Shown in pieces: positions 34,705 to 45,698 of a stretch of DNA of 64,000 bases. Under the pieces are notes generated by a model that made no database searches, was not told the origin of the DNA, and was given only the letters and a program-made list of their open reading frames with translations. The stretch comes from Candidatus Pacearchaeota archaeon (GTDB lineage: Archaea; Nanobdellota; Nanobdellia; Pacearchaeales; GW2011-AR1), in contig JBAZXH010000001.1 of assembly GCA_041659945.1 (NCBI GenBank), positions 627,262 to 691,261 of the forward strand, given 5' to 3'. The stretch's first letter is position 1. Each line of letters opens with the position of its first letter. The position numbers and the translations under genes are program-made.

Positions 34705-35814
34705 TTATACAGTTATTCCCTCAGTTCTTAATTCTAATGCTAGCTCTCTTACTTTTAGTCTAGCTCTCATATCAACCTTACCTGCAACATCTAACTGGGC
34801 TTTTATAATTTGATCAAATACAGGTTTTGGTTCTGGAAGGCACCTAAAAACTTGAATAACATAACCCCATTCATCTTCATCAGATGCACAATATCTCAAT
34901 CTTTCCCCCAATGCTTCATGAACATAGGGTGATGAACCTAGATATTTAGCAACCAATGGATCTGCTAATCTTTTTTCATAGTCATTATCTTTTTCTGAAG
35001 GAAATCTAAGATCACAATCATCATCTCTTGAAATTGCAACATTAACGTAGGGAGCTACAAGTTTTTCGATATCTGTTTCAGTTATACTGGCTAATTGTTT
35101 AGATTCTTCAAGTTTTCTAAGAAAAGCCAAATATATGTCAACTGCTCCATCTGAAAGAAGTATTAAGTCTGGATGCAAGTTTAATTCTCCTGAAGTTATT
35201 GTTGCATTTCTATAGAGAATATCAAAACCCTTTCTAAAGAATTTTGGATCTATCTCATCAAAATGATTAGCTAGTATGTCTTCAACAGTTGCATAAGAGC
35301 TAATATCTCCGAAGTATGGCTTTAAATCTGGTATTGTTTCCCAAAGAGTTAGATTATGCAATCTTTTTATAAATTCAGTGGTTAAACACGGACTAAACCT
35401 TGAATCTCTAGTTACCATTTGTTGTCGTAAAAGTTTGTGGCCGTATTTTGACCCTATCTCATTTCTTTTTGATTTTGGAGAGAGAACTGCTAAATTAATG
35501 CTAATGTCAAAAAGTTCTTGTATTTCTTCTGGCGAGAATGTTTTGTTTGCTCGGTTTGTTCTTATTGTTGTATCATTTGGAGTATCTGGGTATCCATCAA
35601 GTTGCCCAAGAATATGCCAGAATCTTCCATCTTTTATGTCATCTAATAAAGCTGCAAGACAATCTTGTGCAATACCTCCTTCTTGTATTGATCTAAGCAT
35701 ATGTTGATGAGACCCAATAAATGCATCTGCCTGCTGAACCACTAATTCCTGAGAAGATAATAAATCTGCAGGCGTTGAATCGGGATATAAATTTAATCTA
35801 AATTGTTCCATCAA
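34705..35814 (-). CDS. hypothetical protein
   Basis: 369-aa ORF with no motif recognised. Confidence 0.5.
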   Translation of the reverse strand: MMEQFRLNLYPDSTPADLLSSQELVVQQADAFIGSHQHMLRSIQEGGIAQDCLAALLDDIKDGRFWHILGQLDGYPDTPNDTTIRTNRANKTFSPEEIQELFDISINLAVLSPKSKRNEIGSKYGHKLLRQQMVTRDSRFSPCLTTEFIKRLHNLTLWETIPDLKPYFGDISSYATVEDILANHFDEIDPKFFRKGFDILYRNATITSGELNLHPDLILLSDGAVDIYLAFLRKLEESKQLASITETDIEKLVAPYVNVAISRDDDCDLRFPSEKDNDYEKRLADPLVAKYLGSSPYVHEALGERLRYCASDEDEWGYVIQVFRCLPEPKPVFDQIIKAQLDVAGKVDMRARLKVRELALELRTEGITV

Positions 35815-35833
35815 GAAGTATATTTTAACTGTT

Positions 35834-36592
35834 TTAAAGAATTTCTATACCAATTGGACAGTGATCAGAACCTTTATCTCGTGTTAGAATGAAAGACTCT
35901 TTTAATTTATCTTGGAGTTTTTTTGTTATGAAAATATAATCTATTCTCCAACCAAGGTTTCTTTCTCTTGCTTCAAAGGCGTAGGGCCACCAGGTGTACC
36001 AGTCTTTTTGAGTTAGATGTTGTGATCTAAAAGTATCTATGAAACCTAGATTAACCATACTCTTTATTATGTCTCTTTCTTCCTGGGTAAACATTATATT
36101 ATTTTTGTTTTGCTTTGGTCTTGCAAGATCAATGTCCTCTCTTGCAATGTTGAAATCTCCAACTAGAATGACTTTTTGATCTTTTAGCTTAGTTAGGTAT
36201 TTGATTAGAGCTTTGTAGACATCTATTTTATATCTTAAATTTTCTTTTTTTCTTCCTCCGTGTGGAATGTAGATATTAATTAGAATAAAATCACTAAAGT
36301 CTAAGCGTAAAAATCTTCCTTCTTTGTCAAATCTTTTTAGTCCTAGGACATTTTCAACAAACTTTGGTTTTTCTTTTGTAAACACAGCAACTCCAGAATA
36401 GCCTACTTCATCGGCAAAATTAAAATAGGTATTGTAACCTTTTAGTTTTTTAAATTCATCTCTAAGGCGGTCTTCTGTTACTTTTATTTCTTGCAAACAG
36501 ATGATTTCAGGCGAGTTTTGTTCTAGCCAGCTTAGAAAACCCTTTCTTTCAATCGATCTTAAGCCGTTTACATTCCAAGATATTATTTTCAT
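35834..36592 (-). CDS. xth: exodeoxyribonuclease III (AP endonuclease)
   Basis: MKIISWNVNGLRS, CLQEIK, GDFNIA, WRIDYIF and SDHCP. Confidence 0.9.
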   Translation of the reverse strand: MKIISWNVNGLRSIERKGFLSWLEQNSPEIICLQEIKVTEDRLRDEFKKLKGYNTYFNFADEVGYSGVAVFTKEKPKFVENVLGLKRFDKEGRFLRLDFSDFILINIYIPHGGRKKENLRYKIDVYKALIKYLTKLKDQKVILVGDFNIAREDIDLARPKQNKNNIMFTQEERDIIKSMVNLGFIDTFRSQHLTQKDWYTWWPYAFEARERNLGWRIDYIFITKKLQDKLKESFILTRDKGSDHCPIGIEIL

Positions 36593-37092
36593 TTTGTTTC
36601 CTTATTTAAATGTTTAATAATCTCTTTAACTATTCCTATGGGAGTTTTACTGTTTGTGTCTATAATAGTTCCATAATCAAAAGTAGATACAAGATTAAAA
36701 ACTTCTTTTGTTGCTTGTTCTCCTAAATTATTCTTTCTTGTTTTGTCCCTTTTAATACATTCATTTAAATCAGCTTTCAATGTGAAAATAGAATGTTTAA
36801 AATTAATATTTTTTATTAAATCTTCAATTTGTTCTTTATGATAAAAGTTGCCATCAATGATGATGTTTTTATTCTTTGATAAAGATTCTTTAAATTTTGG
36901 AATCATTAGTTTATCTGCTTTTAAAAATTTATTTAGAGGTATCCATTTCTCTCCCAATATGTAATCTAATCCTAATTCTTTCATGACTTTATCAAAGTGA
37001 ATAACTTTGGCATTAATCTTATTTGATAATACTTTAGCGACTGTTGATTTCCCAACACCTGCAGGTCCTCTTATTATTATAAAGTAATTCAT
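36589..37092 (-). CDS. P-loop kinase-like ATPase
   Basis: IIIRGPAGVGKSTVAKVL Walker A. 167 aa, similar in size and pattern to nucleotide-kinase-like proteins. Confidence 0.6.
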   Translation of the reverse strand: MNYFIIIRGPAGVGKSTVAKVLSNKINAKVIHFDKVMKELGLDYILGEKWIPLNKFLKADKLMIPKFKESLSKNKNIIIDGNFYHKEQIEDLIKNINFKHSIFTLKADLNECIKRDKTRKNNLGEQATKEVFNLVSTFDYGTIIDTNSKTPIGIVKEIIKHLNKETK

Positions 37093-37097
37093 TTTGT

Positions 37098-37817
37098 TTA
37101 TCCTAATTCTATTTCGATTTTATGAGAGTTTTTTTCACCAGAAGCTTCAATTGATTTGATTTCCAGAGGTTTTTTGAAGAGAGGGCAGTTTAGTACAAAT
37201 GTTTCAAATTCTCCGCCTTCACCTGCCGGATTTATTTTATATTTTACTTGCAGTTTTTTAACATCTTCAATGAACTTTTCATCTATTTTTCTGCCTAACC
37301 AGGATTCATCCAGAGGATAGGCAAAAACTCCAATAATAATCACTTCAAATTTGTTTTTTACCAGCTCTTTTAGATATTCTATTTGGTTTCTTTGCCAAAG
37401 AGGATTAAAACATTCTAGATTAAGTTCGTCACAGATTTTTTGAATTCTGGAAGCTTGATAAACTGATTCTATTGCCCCGGTAACAATGCAATTTATTTTG
37501 TATTTTTTAATTGCCTTTTTAATTGCCTTTTTAAGATCTTCTAGTTCTAGTTCTTTTTTTCCTTTTGTTGACTGCATTATTATTGGGATATCCATATTTT
37601 TTGCTTGATATTCGACCTTGGAAATTGAAGGGGTGTGAAACATGTAACTTTCTTTGTTTTCTGAGATCAGAGAAATTAAACATGTTAGTTCATAACCTTC
37701 TTTTTTAGCTAGATAGGCAGCATAGCATGAATCTTTTCCTCCACTAAATAAAACTCCACATTTCATTTTTATTTTATTGCTTTTTTTGTTAGTCATTTTT
37801 TGAGTTTTATCTTTCAT
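37098..37817 (-). CDS. ATP-pyrophosphatase, diphthine-ammonia ligase (Dph6/MJ0570-like)
   Basis: CGVLFSGGKDSCYAAYLAKKEGYEL is the SGGKDS PP-loop. GAIESVYQ and NPAGEGGEFETFV are typical of the family. Confidence 0.7.
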   Translation of the reverse strand: MKDKTQKMTNKKSNKIKMKCGVLFSGGKDSCYAAYLAKKEGYELTCLISLISENKESYMFHTPSISKVEYQAKNMDIPIIMQSTKGKKELELEDLKKAIKKAIKKYKINCIVTGAIESVYQASRIQKICDELNLECFNPLWQRNQIEYLKELVKNKFEVIIIGVFAYPLDESWLGRKIDEKFIEDVKKLQVKYKINPAGEGGEFETFVLNCPLFKKPLEIKSIEASGEKNSHKIEIELG

Positions 37818-37974
37818 ATTTTTATCTTTTTATCTCTCTTTTTAATAGGCTTATACAGTTTAAATTTTCTCGCATAAACTTTTTGTTTAAATACTTATCT
37901 ATAAAATACTATAAGATATAAAGCTTTTTAAATTGACTTTTGTATCTGCTTGTTGGTGAGGATGTAATGTAAAG

Positions 37975-39441
37975 ATGACACAAGTAAGAGTAGGAACAAA
38001 TAAAGGTGGAGTAAGAACATATAGTTCTTTAAAAGAAATTCATCCCTCTCAATTGAGCAGGGCATACCCTTCAATTGAGGGTTTGGCTAATCATCATAGG
38101 GAGGAGGCTATTAAATTTGGGGATTCTTATATGAGATTTTTGAGTAGATCCTATGTGCCATGGGATGTTGTTAGAAATGTTGGTATTATGGTAAACGCTA
38201 AAAGGTCTCTTAGAGATCAGCTTACATTTATTCCTCATAAAAATGGTTCAGCCTTTGCATTAATTAGACCAGGTAAAAAACCAATTCTTGATAAGGATAA
38301 AGTTCATGGTGTGAGAGTATTATATACTCATACTGATGCTCCTTGTTTAGCTGCAAAAGTTAATCCTGCTTGTATGGAATGGGATCCAGATTTAAGAGAT
38401 ATGCATCTTGGTGTTGAGATTGATACTTTTGGTTATGGAGGTATTTCTCCACACCAGTGGGCTCCAGAATCATTAGATGGAAGAGGTAAATTCTTCTTTG
38501 TTGATAGTCTTGGAAGGAGAAAAATAAAATTTTTTCATTTAGATGGTTGTTGCCCAGATAGATCTGCCCATACAGATATGAGACGAAGAGAAGAAGTCGA
38601 AGATGCATTTAAGGAGGATAATCTTAATGTTGATACTGGTCTAAAAAGTTATGAAGAGCTACGTAAAGCTATTGGTTTAAGGGCTAATACTGATTTTGCA
38701 GCGGTAGAATTATATTTTGTTCCTCGTACTCGTCCGCATATATTAGGGCCAAGGTTTATTACGGGTTATAGGCATGATGATACTTGCTGTGTTTTTTCAG
38801 CAGTAAGAGCTTTACTTGATTCTAGAACTCCTGAACTTACAACTATTGTTTTAGGTTTTGATAAAGAAGAAGTTGGTAGCAAAGGTCCTGGAGGAGCAGG
38901 AGACAAATTTTTTGAAAGAGTGCTTTATGATACCTTAGTAAATCAAGGAGTTATTAGATCAACTAGAGATATGACTCAGGGTCTTTTTGATGATATTGCT
39001 TCGAAATCTCTAGCATTTGATGCTGATGTTGATGTAGGTTCGTCATATATTGAATTAGAGGACGGTGAAACTCCCAGGCATATTGATAAATTCAATGTTG
39101 CTAAACTCGGGTATGGTGTTTATATTAATGCTTATAGAGATCAGCTTGAGGGGGATTGTGTAGATCCGGCTCTTGTTGGAATAACTATGGCTTGTTTAGG
39201 AAATGCAAAAGTAATAACCCAACAAACAGGATCACCTCTTAAAGCGGATTTTGGGGGAGTTCCTTCAATGAATGAGTTTTTTGTTGCTAGAGGATTTAAT
39301 ACAATTAATGTAGGAATCCCGGTTGCAGCATTACATAGTCCTAACGAAATTTTATGTAGGGGGGATCTTTATGGAGCTTATAGAGCATATATGACTCTTC
39401 TTGAAGATAAAATATTTTTTAAAGATTTAGATCAGTTTTAA
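37975..39441 (+). CDS. M18-family (aspartyl) aminopeptidase-like
   Basis: YTHTDAPCL (cf. HTDSPCL), FDKEEVGS and VAALHSPNE. Confidence 0.65.
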   Translation: MTQVRVGTNKGGVRTYSSLKEIHPSQLSRAYPSIEGLANHHREEAIKFGDSYMRFLSRSYVPWDVVRNVGIMVNAKRSLRDQLTFIPHKNGSAFALIRPGKKPILDKDKVHGVRVLYTHTDAPCLAAKVNPACMEWDPDLRDMHLGVEIDTFGYGGISPHQWAPESLDGRGKFFFVDSLGRRKIKFFHLDGCCPDRSAHTDMRRREEVEDAFKEDNLNVDTGLKSYEELRKAIGLRANTDFAAVELYFVPRTRPHILGPRFITGYRHDDTCCVFSAVRALLDSRTPELTTIVLGFDKEEVGSKGPGGAGDKFFERVLYDTLVNQGVIRSTRDMTQGLFDDIASKSLAFDADVDVGSSYIELEDGETPRHIDKFNVAKLGYGVYINAYRDQLEGDCVDPALVGITMACLGNAKVITQQTGSPLKADFGGVPSMNEFFVARGFNTINVGIPVAALHSPNEILCRGDLYGAYRAYMTLLEDKIFFKDLDQF

Positions 39442-39449
39442 TAAATAAT

Positions 39450-40379
39450 TTACATTCTCTCTAGCACAGAAATTCTTTTAGAAATTGGAGGATGAGTTGA
39501 AAACATATTTTCTACATTTTCTTTTGTAAAAGGATTTGAGATGAATAACGAGGCAGTTACTTTGCTAACTTTGCTGGCTTCTTCTCTTGTGAGAGGTTCA
39601 TTTTCAGCTTTTATTTTTTTAAGAGCACTGATTAAACCAGTTGGTCTTCTTGTAAATTTAACTGCACTTGCATCAGCAGTATATTCTCTTTTTCTTGAAA
39701 TTGATAGCTGAACAAGATAAACAAGAATTGGAGCTAAAATTGCTAGCACAATTCCGATTATCATGAATATTGCATTTCCTCTATCATTATCTCCTCCACT
39801 ATCTCTGCCTCCACTAAACCATAGTGTTCTTAAAAATATTTCAGAAATAATTGCAATCATTCCTACTAGCACAGCAACCAGAGTCATGAATCTAATGTCA
39901 AAATTTGCAACGTGACTCATTTCGTGGGCTATAACTCCTTCTAATTCTTCTTTGTTTAATTTATCTAGGGAACCTGTTGTTACACAGACAACAGCATGTT
40001 TTGGATCTCTACCAGTTGCAAAGGCGTTTATCTGTGGGTTTTGCATAACATAAACTTGAGGCATTGGCATTCCAGATGCTAGGGACATTGATTCAACTGA
40101 ATTGTACAAAGATCGATACTTTGTTGGATCTGCTTTAACTGCATTGACTGAAGCTAGAGCGATTTTATCTGAATAATAATATCCCAGCCAGATGTATAAA
40201 ATTGAAATAATAATTGCAGCGATCATAATTAGGGTAAAATATGCTGGTCCAACAATAAAACCAATTAGATAACCTAGAGCTAGTAAAACTGCTAGAATTA
40301 TGATTATTAAAAAAACAGAGTTTCTTTTATTTCTTGCAATTTGGTCGTAAAATAGAACTCTACCTTGGTCTTTTACCAT
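39450..40379 (-). CDS. htpX: HtpX-type M48 membrane metalloprotease
   Basis: VIAHEMSHVANFD (HExxH), four TM segments and STHPPISKRI at the C-terminus. Confidence 0.88.
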   Translation of the reverse strand: MVKDQGRVLFYDQIARNKRNSVFLIIIILAVLLALGYLIGFIVGPAYFTLIMIAAIIISILYIWLGYYYSDKIALASVNAVKADPTKYRSLYNSVESMSLASGMPMPQVYVMQNPQINAFATGRDPKHAVVCVTTGSLDKLNKEELEGVIAHEMSHVANFDIRFMTLVAVLVGMIAIISEIFLRTLWFSGGRDSGGDNDRGNAIFMIIGIVLAILAPILVYLVQLSISRKREYTADASAVKFTRRPTGLISALKKIKAENEPLTREEASKVSKVTASLFISNPFTKENVENMFSTHPPISKRISVLERM

Positions 40380-40439
40380 GATTAGATTAGCTTGTTTTGG
40401 TTTATAAAAGTTTATAAAGTTACTTCCTGAAAAGGTTTT

Positions 40440-40997
40440 ATGAAATTTATTCCTAATGTAGGTGCAATAGTAGGTAATCGTCCTCCATCAATAAATGTAC
40501 CTTGCGTTAATAATGGGTATGTTTTGCCCTTTCCTGTTAGACCTACTCGTAGAGGAAGAAATGGAAAAGGAGATCCTTTGGTTTTTTTATATAGTGAAAG
40601 AGACAAAAGGCACCTTATTGGAATCATTAAGGACTTAAATCCTATTGAATTAAGTTCAAGTTTAGGAACAGACTATGAGTTAATCGTTCGCGGTGAACCT
40701 TCAGACGAAGAAGATGGATTAGTTTATTTAGATCGTGTTGTTTGTAAAAGAGACCAGTTATATTTGGATGTTAGAGCATTTGATGATGTAAATGGTTGTT
40801 TTTTATCTAGGTTTTCAGGTTATCAAGCTAGAATTGATACAGAAGATGTTGATGGAGCATTTGAAGTCTCAGAAGGAGATTATGTTTTTGGTTTTGTGTA
40901 TGAATTGGGAGAAAGACATAATTTTTTTAAATTGACTCCATTTAGTTTAGTGGATAATGAAACTTTTCGTTTAAATAAAGATAGAATTTTTAGATAG
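40440..40997 (+). CDS. hypothetical protein
   Basis: 185-aa ORF. The opposite-strand ORF 40412..40627 is judged spurious. Confidence 0.45.
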   Translation: MKFIPNVGAIVGNRPPSINVPCVNNGYVLPFPVRPTRRGRNGKGDPLVFLYSERDKRHLIGIIKDLNPIELSSSLGTDYELIVRGEPSDEEDGLVYLDRVVCKRDQLYLDVRAFDDVNGCFLSRFSGYQARIDTEDVDGAFEVSEGDYVFGFVYELGERHNFFKLTPFSLVDNETFRLNKDRIFR

Positions 40998-41022
40998 TAA
41001 ATAATTATTGGGCATCTAATAA

Positions 41023-41583
41023 CTAGAACTTAACCTTAATAGGCTTTCTTTCTTCTTCTGAGATTTCTATGAAAGGTCTTTCTTTAACACTAAATAACTT
41101 AGCAAAGATATTTCCTGGAAAGACTTTTATTGAATTGTTAAAGTCTAGGATTGTATCATTGTAGTATTGTCTTGAGTAGGCTACCTTATCTTCAGTTGCT
41201 GCTAGTTCTTGCTGTAGTTGTATAAAATTTTCATTTGCTCTTAATTGAGGATAATTTTCAGCTAGAGCAAATATTGATTTTAGTGCACTTTCTAATCTAT
41301 CATCGGCTTTAATTCTTGCAGGTAAATCCTTTGCCCCAAGCAAAGCTTTTCTTGCATTTGTAACTTCAATCATGATCTCTTTTTCATGTTTCGCATATCC
41401 CTTTACAGTTTCTATTAAATTAGGAATAAGATCTGCTCTTCTTTTTAATTGAACATCAATTTGAGCTAGAGAATTATCTATTCTATTGCCCTTAACTACA
41501 AATTTGTTGTAGTAGGACATAAATATAATTACAATTATAAGAATTATTGCTATAGGAATTAACCAAAGTAACCAAGCTACCAT
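41023..41583 (-). CDS. lemA: LemA family protein
   Basis: N-terminal TM then YNKFV...QIDVQLKRRADLIPNLIETVKGYAKHE. Confidence 0.85.
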   Translation of the reverse strand: MVAWLLWLIPIAIILIIVIIFMSYYNKFVVKGNRIDNSLAQIDVQLKRRADLIPNLIETVKGYAKHEKEIMIEVTNARKALLGAKDLPARIKADDRLESALKSIFALAENYPQLRANENFIQLQQELAATEDKVAYSRQYYNDTILDFNNSIKVFPGNIFAKLFSVKERPFIEISEEERKPIKVKF

Positions 41584-41704
41584 AAACTAAATAGCAAGAA
41601 TGTATTTATAAATCTATTGATAGATACCTCTTGTTAATATCTTATTAAAAAATTAAAAAATAGACGCGGCTTTAAGTATAAAAAATTTTAAATTAAATAA
41701 AAAT

Positions 41705-41923
41705 TTATCTCCTTTTTCTTCTGGTAACAGCTCTTGGCACTGCTGGTCGCTTATTAGACATTAGGTATTGTATTAAATGTCCTATTATCGCTAGAACTAT
41801 TGCTAAAACTGTTAGTTTCCAACTGAACATAAACGAACCATATAATAATAATAAACCTGCAATTATATGTAAAACAGTATTGTATATGTTTTTATGCCAG
41901 TTACACATTTTTCCGAAACACAT
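41705..41923 (-). CDS. small membrane protein
   Basis: 72 aa with two TM helices and a basic tail. Confidence 0.4.
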   Translation of the reverse strand: MCFGKMCNWHKNIYNTVLHIIAGLLLLYGSFMFSWKLTVLAIVLAIIGHLIQYLMSNKRPAVPRAVTRRKRR

Positions 41924-42056
41924 TTTTAACCTCCTTTCAACCTCTCTTTTATTATTACATTTAAGTTTTTGATGTTTAAAAGGTTTGTCATCTGACTTGA
42001 GTTGTGAAAAAATGATAGTTGAATAGGTTTTTAAATTGAATATTCTTTAATTATTT

Positions 42057-42746
42057 ATGAATGGGGGGAGATTGATTTTTATTTTAGTAATTTCTTTATT
42101 CCTAATTTTAAATGTAAATGCTCATCAACCAAGATTAGTTTTTGATAACAGTAGTAGTGCACAAACACCATTCCCAGTTTATAATCCTGAAGTTTCTCAG
42201 GCATTTTATGGAGAGTTGAAAGGAAATCCGGATTATTATTCTATTGATTCAAATTCTACATTTCAGCTTTATTTAGGAATTTTATCTCCAGTAATTTCTA
42301 ATACTACAATAAATTTTTCAGCTGAGGTTTATTTTAATAACAATTTGATTTATTCGCTTAATGGAAATGATTTTAATTGGAGTGTTTTTTATGAAGAATT
42401 TGGAGGAGATAATTATTTTAAAGGTCCAGAATTTGACCGGCAAGTTATAGCGGGAAGTTATCTTGTAAAGGTTTCAGGAAAGGATAATCAGGGAAAGTAT
42501 GTTTTAGCTGTTGGAAAAAAAGAGAAATTTCCGTTGGGTGAAATGATTCATACAGTTGTTTCTTTACCGAAACTTAAGAAAGACTTTTTTGGAAAATCAG
42601 TTTTAACTTCTTATTTTAATATTCTTGGTTTTTTCATGCTTGTTTTTGTTATAATCTTTCTTGCAATACTTTTAGTTGTTGTTCTTATCATAGGTAAACT
42701 AAAAGAGTCTTTACAAAAGAACAAATGTAGTTCTAATAGAAATTAA
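42057..42746 (+). CDS. secreted, C-terminally anchored hypothetical protein
   Basis: Signal peptide ending VNA|HQPR, so the mature N-terminus would be His. C-terminal TM LVFVIIFLAILLVVVLII. Confidence 0.5.
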   Translation: MNGGRLIFILVISLFLILNVNAHQPRLVFDNSSSAQTPFPVYNPEVSQAFYGELKGNPDYYSIDSNSTFQLYLGILSPVISNTTINFSAEVYFNNNLIYSLNGNDFNWSVFYEEFGGDNYFKGPEFDRQVIAGSYLVKVSGKDNQGKYVLAVGKKEKFPLGEMIHTVVSLPKLKKDFFGKSVLTSYFNILGFFMLVFVIIFLAILLVVVLIIGKLKESLQKNKCSSNRN

Positions 42747-42748
42747 TT

Positions 42749-43867
42749 TTACCTAATACTTTTATATCCGCCGTCAACTCCACCCTTTGAAAGAACTATC
42801 TGCCAAAGTTGTATATTCCTTGCTCTAAATGCTCCAGCACAGGATAGAAGAAAATAATTCCACATTCGTTTGAATCTTTCACTATATTTACCTTTTAGTT
42901 TTGGCCAGCCTTTGTTAAAGTTATCATGCCAGGCTAGTAATGTCTTATCATAGTCTGTTCCAAAGTTGTGCCAATCTTCTAAAATGAATATACCCTTTAT
43001 TGCTTTAGTTATTAAATGAGCGGATGGTAGTGAACCTTCTGGAAAAATATATTTATTCATCCAAGGGTCTGTTCCACCTCCACGGTTTTTTGTTCCAATT
43101 GTGTGGAGTAGGAAAATACCTTTGTCAACAAGGCAACGATTTACTACCTTCATGTATTTTCTATAATTTTTTGATCCGACATGTTCAAACATTCCTAGAG
43201 AAACAATTCTATCAAACTTTTCATCTAAATCTGCATAGTCTTGCAGCCGGATTTCTATTGGCAAACCTTTGCAAACTTCTTTTGCAAGATCAACTTGTTC
43301 TTTTGAAACGGTGATGCCTACACCAGTTACTCCATAATTTTCTACGGCATATTTTAAAAATCCTCCCCAGCCGCAACCAATGTCTAGGATCTTCATTCCG
43401 CGTTTTAAACCTAATTTTTCACATGTTAGTTTTAATTTATCTTCCTGAGCCTGATCTAGCGTTTTTGCGTTTTTCCAATATCCGCAGGTGTATATCATTC
43501 TTTTATCAAGCATTATTGAAAAAAGATCATTACCTGTGTCATAGTGCTTTTCTCCTATTTCAAATGCTTTTTTTCTTTGGGCATTTGTTATTTTTGCTTT
43601 TACAACTAGCCAAATAAGCTGAGGGTTTTTAATTTTCTTTTCTAAATGTGCTCTAAGAACTTTGTCAATAAATTGATCGACGGCTTTACACTCCCACCAG
43701 CCATCCATGTAAGCTTCTCCTAGGCCTAGTGTACCTTGAGAAAAAACTCTTTTGAATGTTTTATTATTGTGAATTTGTATATCCCAATCTTTTTTTCCGT
43801 TTACTTCAATATCAGCTAATTTTAGTATTTCTCTACCAAGTTTTTCATAATTGCTTTCTTTTACCAT
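42749..43867 (-). CDS. cfa: cyclopropane-fatty-acyl-phospholipid synthase family methyltransferase
   Basis: GEAYMDGWW, HYDTGNDLF, ILDIGCGWGGF and SLGMFEHVG. Confidence 0.85.
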   Translation of the reverse strand: MVKESNYEKLGREILKLADIEVNGKKDWDIQIHNNKTFKRVFSQGTLGLGEAYMDGWWECKAVDQFIDKVLRAHLEKKIKNPQLIWLVVKAKITNAQRKKAFEIGEKHYDTGNDLFSIMLDKRMIYTCGYWKNAKTLDQAQEDKLKLTCEKLGLKRGMKILDIGCGWGGFLKYAVENYGVTGVGITVSKEQVDLAKEVCKGLPIEIRLQDYADLDEKFDRIVSLGMFEHVGSKNYRKYMKVVNRCLVDKGIFLLHTIGTKNRGGGTDPWMNKYIFPEGSLPSAHLITKAIKGIFILEDWHNFGTDYDKTLLAWHDNFNKGWPKLKGKYSERFKRMWNYFLLSCAGAFRARNIQLWQIVLSKGGVDGGYKSIR

Positions 43868-43924
43868 TTAAAATACTGGTAATTAGTTATTATAAAGTTT
43901 TTTGTTTAGAAGTAGCTATAATAA

Positions 43925-45271
43925 TTAATTTCTTCGTGATCTTTTATATGGTCTATTATGATTGTCTCTTGAACTCTCTCGTGAGTTTCCTCTTGAGTTT
44001 CCTCTAAATCCCCCTGAACTTCTTCTAAATCCTCTTGGGGAACTTCTTTCCATCCATTGTATTCTTACAGGAGCTATTTCTGGAGTTTCTTCGTTTTTTA
44101 TGCTTAGATCTCTATTTTTTAGAACATTTCCAAAGTTTTCATAATCTCTACTGGCTACTATATTTATTACTTTTCCTTCATTTCCAGCTCTTGCAGTTCT
44201 ACCAATTCTATGAAGATATTCTTTGCTTTCTGGAGGCATATCATAGTTGTAAACATGAGAAACTCCTTGGATATCAAGTCCTCTTGCAGCTACATCGGTA
44301 CAGATTAATATTTGAAATTTTTTACTGTTAAATTTTTCCATTATTTGACTTCTTTTTTCCTGTGAAAAACCACCGTGAATTGGAAGTGCATCAATTCCGT
44401 GAGATGTTAGATTGTTTGCTATAAAATCAACGTTTCTTCTTGTGTTGCAGAAGACCATAACAAGTTTTGCCACTTCTTTTTCCAGAAGATGCTTTAACAG
44501 AGCATATTTTAGATTATCACTTATGTCATAGTATACTTGAGTTAGTTTTGTTGGATCTACATATTGCTCTGCTGAAATTTCAACAGGATTATTCATGAAT
44601 CCCTTGGCAAGTCTTATGATATCCTGGGACATCGTTGCAGAGAAAAGCAAGCTTTGCTTCTTTTTTGGACAGTTCATTATTATTTTTTCAACATCTCTTT
44701 TAAAACCCATGTCTAACATTCGGTCAGCCTCATCTAGAACAAGGATGTTTAGTCTTGAAAGATTAATTGTGTTCCTTGCTATGTGGTCGAGTATTCTTCC
44801 GGGAGTTCCTACAACAACATCTGCGTATTGGAGATCTTTTATTTGTCGGTTTATTGGAACACCCCCATATACAGAGATTATTTTTAATGAATTATACTTT
44901 GCAAAGATATTTAGTGCTCTTGCAATTTGTTCAGCAAGTTCTCTTGTTGGTGCAAGAATCAGTGATTGAACTCCAAAGTTTTTCTTAGTATTTTGAAGAA
45001 TAACCGAACCAAATGCTAGTGTTTTTCCAGAACCTGTTGAGGCTGTTGCTATAACATCTTTTCCTTGTAATATTGTGGGTATTGATTTTATTTGTATTTC
45101 ACTTGGTTCTTCAAATCCTTCTTCTTTAATGACATTTAAAAGAGATTCACAGATGCCTAGTTCTTTAAAACTGCAAGTTTCAGCTTGTTCTGGCTCTGAC
45201 TGATAGTCTTCATTTATATCTTCATTTATTAAAATATTTTTAGTTTCCATTTTATAGTTAAATAAATACAT
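43925..45271 (-). CDS. DEAD-box ATP-dependent RNA helicase
   Basis: ASTGSGKT, PTRELA, DEAD, SAT and HRIGRTARAG, with an Arg/Ser/Gly-rich tail. Confidence 0.92.
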   Translation of the reverse strand: MYLFNYKMETKNILINEDINEDYQSEPEQAETCSFKELGICESLLNVIKEEGFEEPSEIQIKSIPTILQGKDVIATASTGSGKTLAFGSVILQNTKKNFGVQSLILAPTRELAEQIARALNIFAKYNSLKIISVYGGVPINRQIKDLQYADVVVGTPGRILDHIARNTINLSRLNILVLDEADRMLDMGFKRDVEKIIMNCPKKKQSLLFSATMSQDIIRLAKGFMNNPVEISAEQYVDPTKLTQVYYDISDNLKYALLKHLLEKEVAKLVMVFCNTRRNVDFIANNLTSHGIDALPIHGGFSQEKRSQIMEKFNSKKFQILICTDVAARGLDIQGVSHVYNYDMPPESKEYLHRIGRTARAGNEGKVINIVASRDYENFGNVLKNRDLSIKNEETPEIAPVRIQWMERSSPRGFRRSSGGFRGNSRGNSRESSRDNHNRPYKRSRRN

Positions 45272-45485
45272 TCAAAAATCAAAAAACCAAGTAATTGGTT
45301 TTAGGAAGAAAAAGCATTGTTTTTCTTTGACATTTTATTAATTATACTTAATTACACTAAAACTCCACTTGGAAGGGAGTTTATAAACCTTTGCTATTTG
45401 CCCTCCAAAACGTGAAATAAAGTAGTATTTAATCCTACAGCATACATCTATATAGTCGAGATACTTTGATATAATGGAGTAAAAA

Positions 45486-45674
45486 ATGAATAAAAAAGGA
45501 GTTACAAGCTGGTTAATTTGGGCAATAATCTTTTTGATAGTAGCTATAGTTGCTGGAGTATTGGGATTTGGCCTTATTTCAGGAGTCTCATATACAATTG
45601 CTAAATGGTTAGCTATAATCTTTGTAGTATTATTCATAATTGCAGTAATAGCTCATACAATAAAAAGAGCTTAG
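45486..45674 (+). CDS. small membrane protein (UPF0391/DUF1328-like)
   Basis: 62 aa with two TM helices. The pattern [14 protein letters not shown] is typical of that family. Confidence 0.55.
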   Translation: MNKKGVTSWLIWAIIFLIVAIVAGVLGFGLISGVSYTIAKWLAIIFVVLFIIAVIAHTIKRA

Positions 45675-45698
45675 GTATTTATTCTAATCTTAAATAAA

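Noticed and set aside
42057-42746. A mature N-terminal His (signal cleavage VNA|HQPR) as a histidine-brace copper site.
   Set aside because: A single residue observation with no second His or other recognisable motif, and the gene is not linked to the cop genes 17 kb away.
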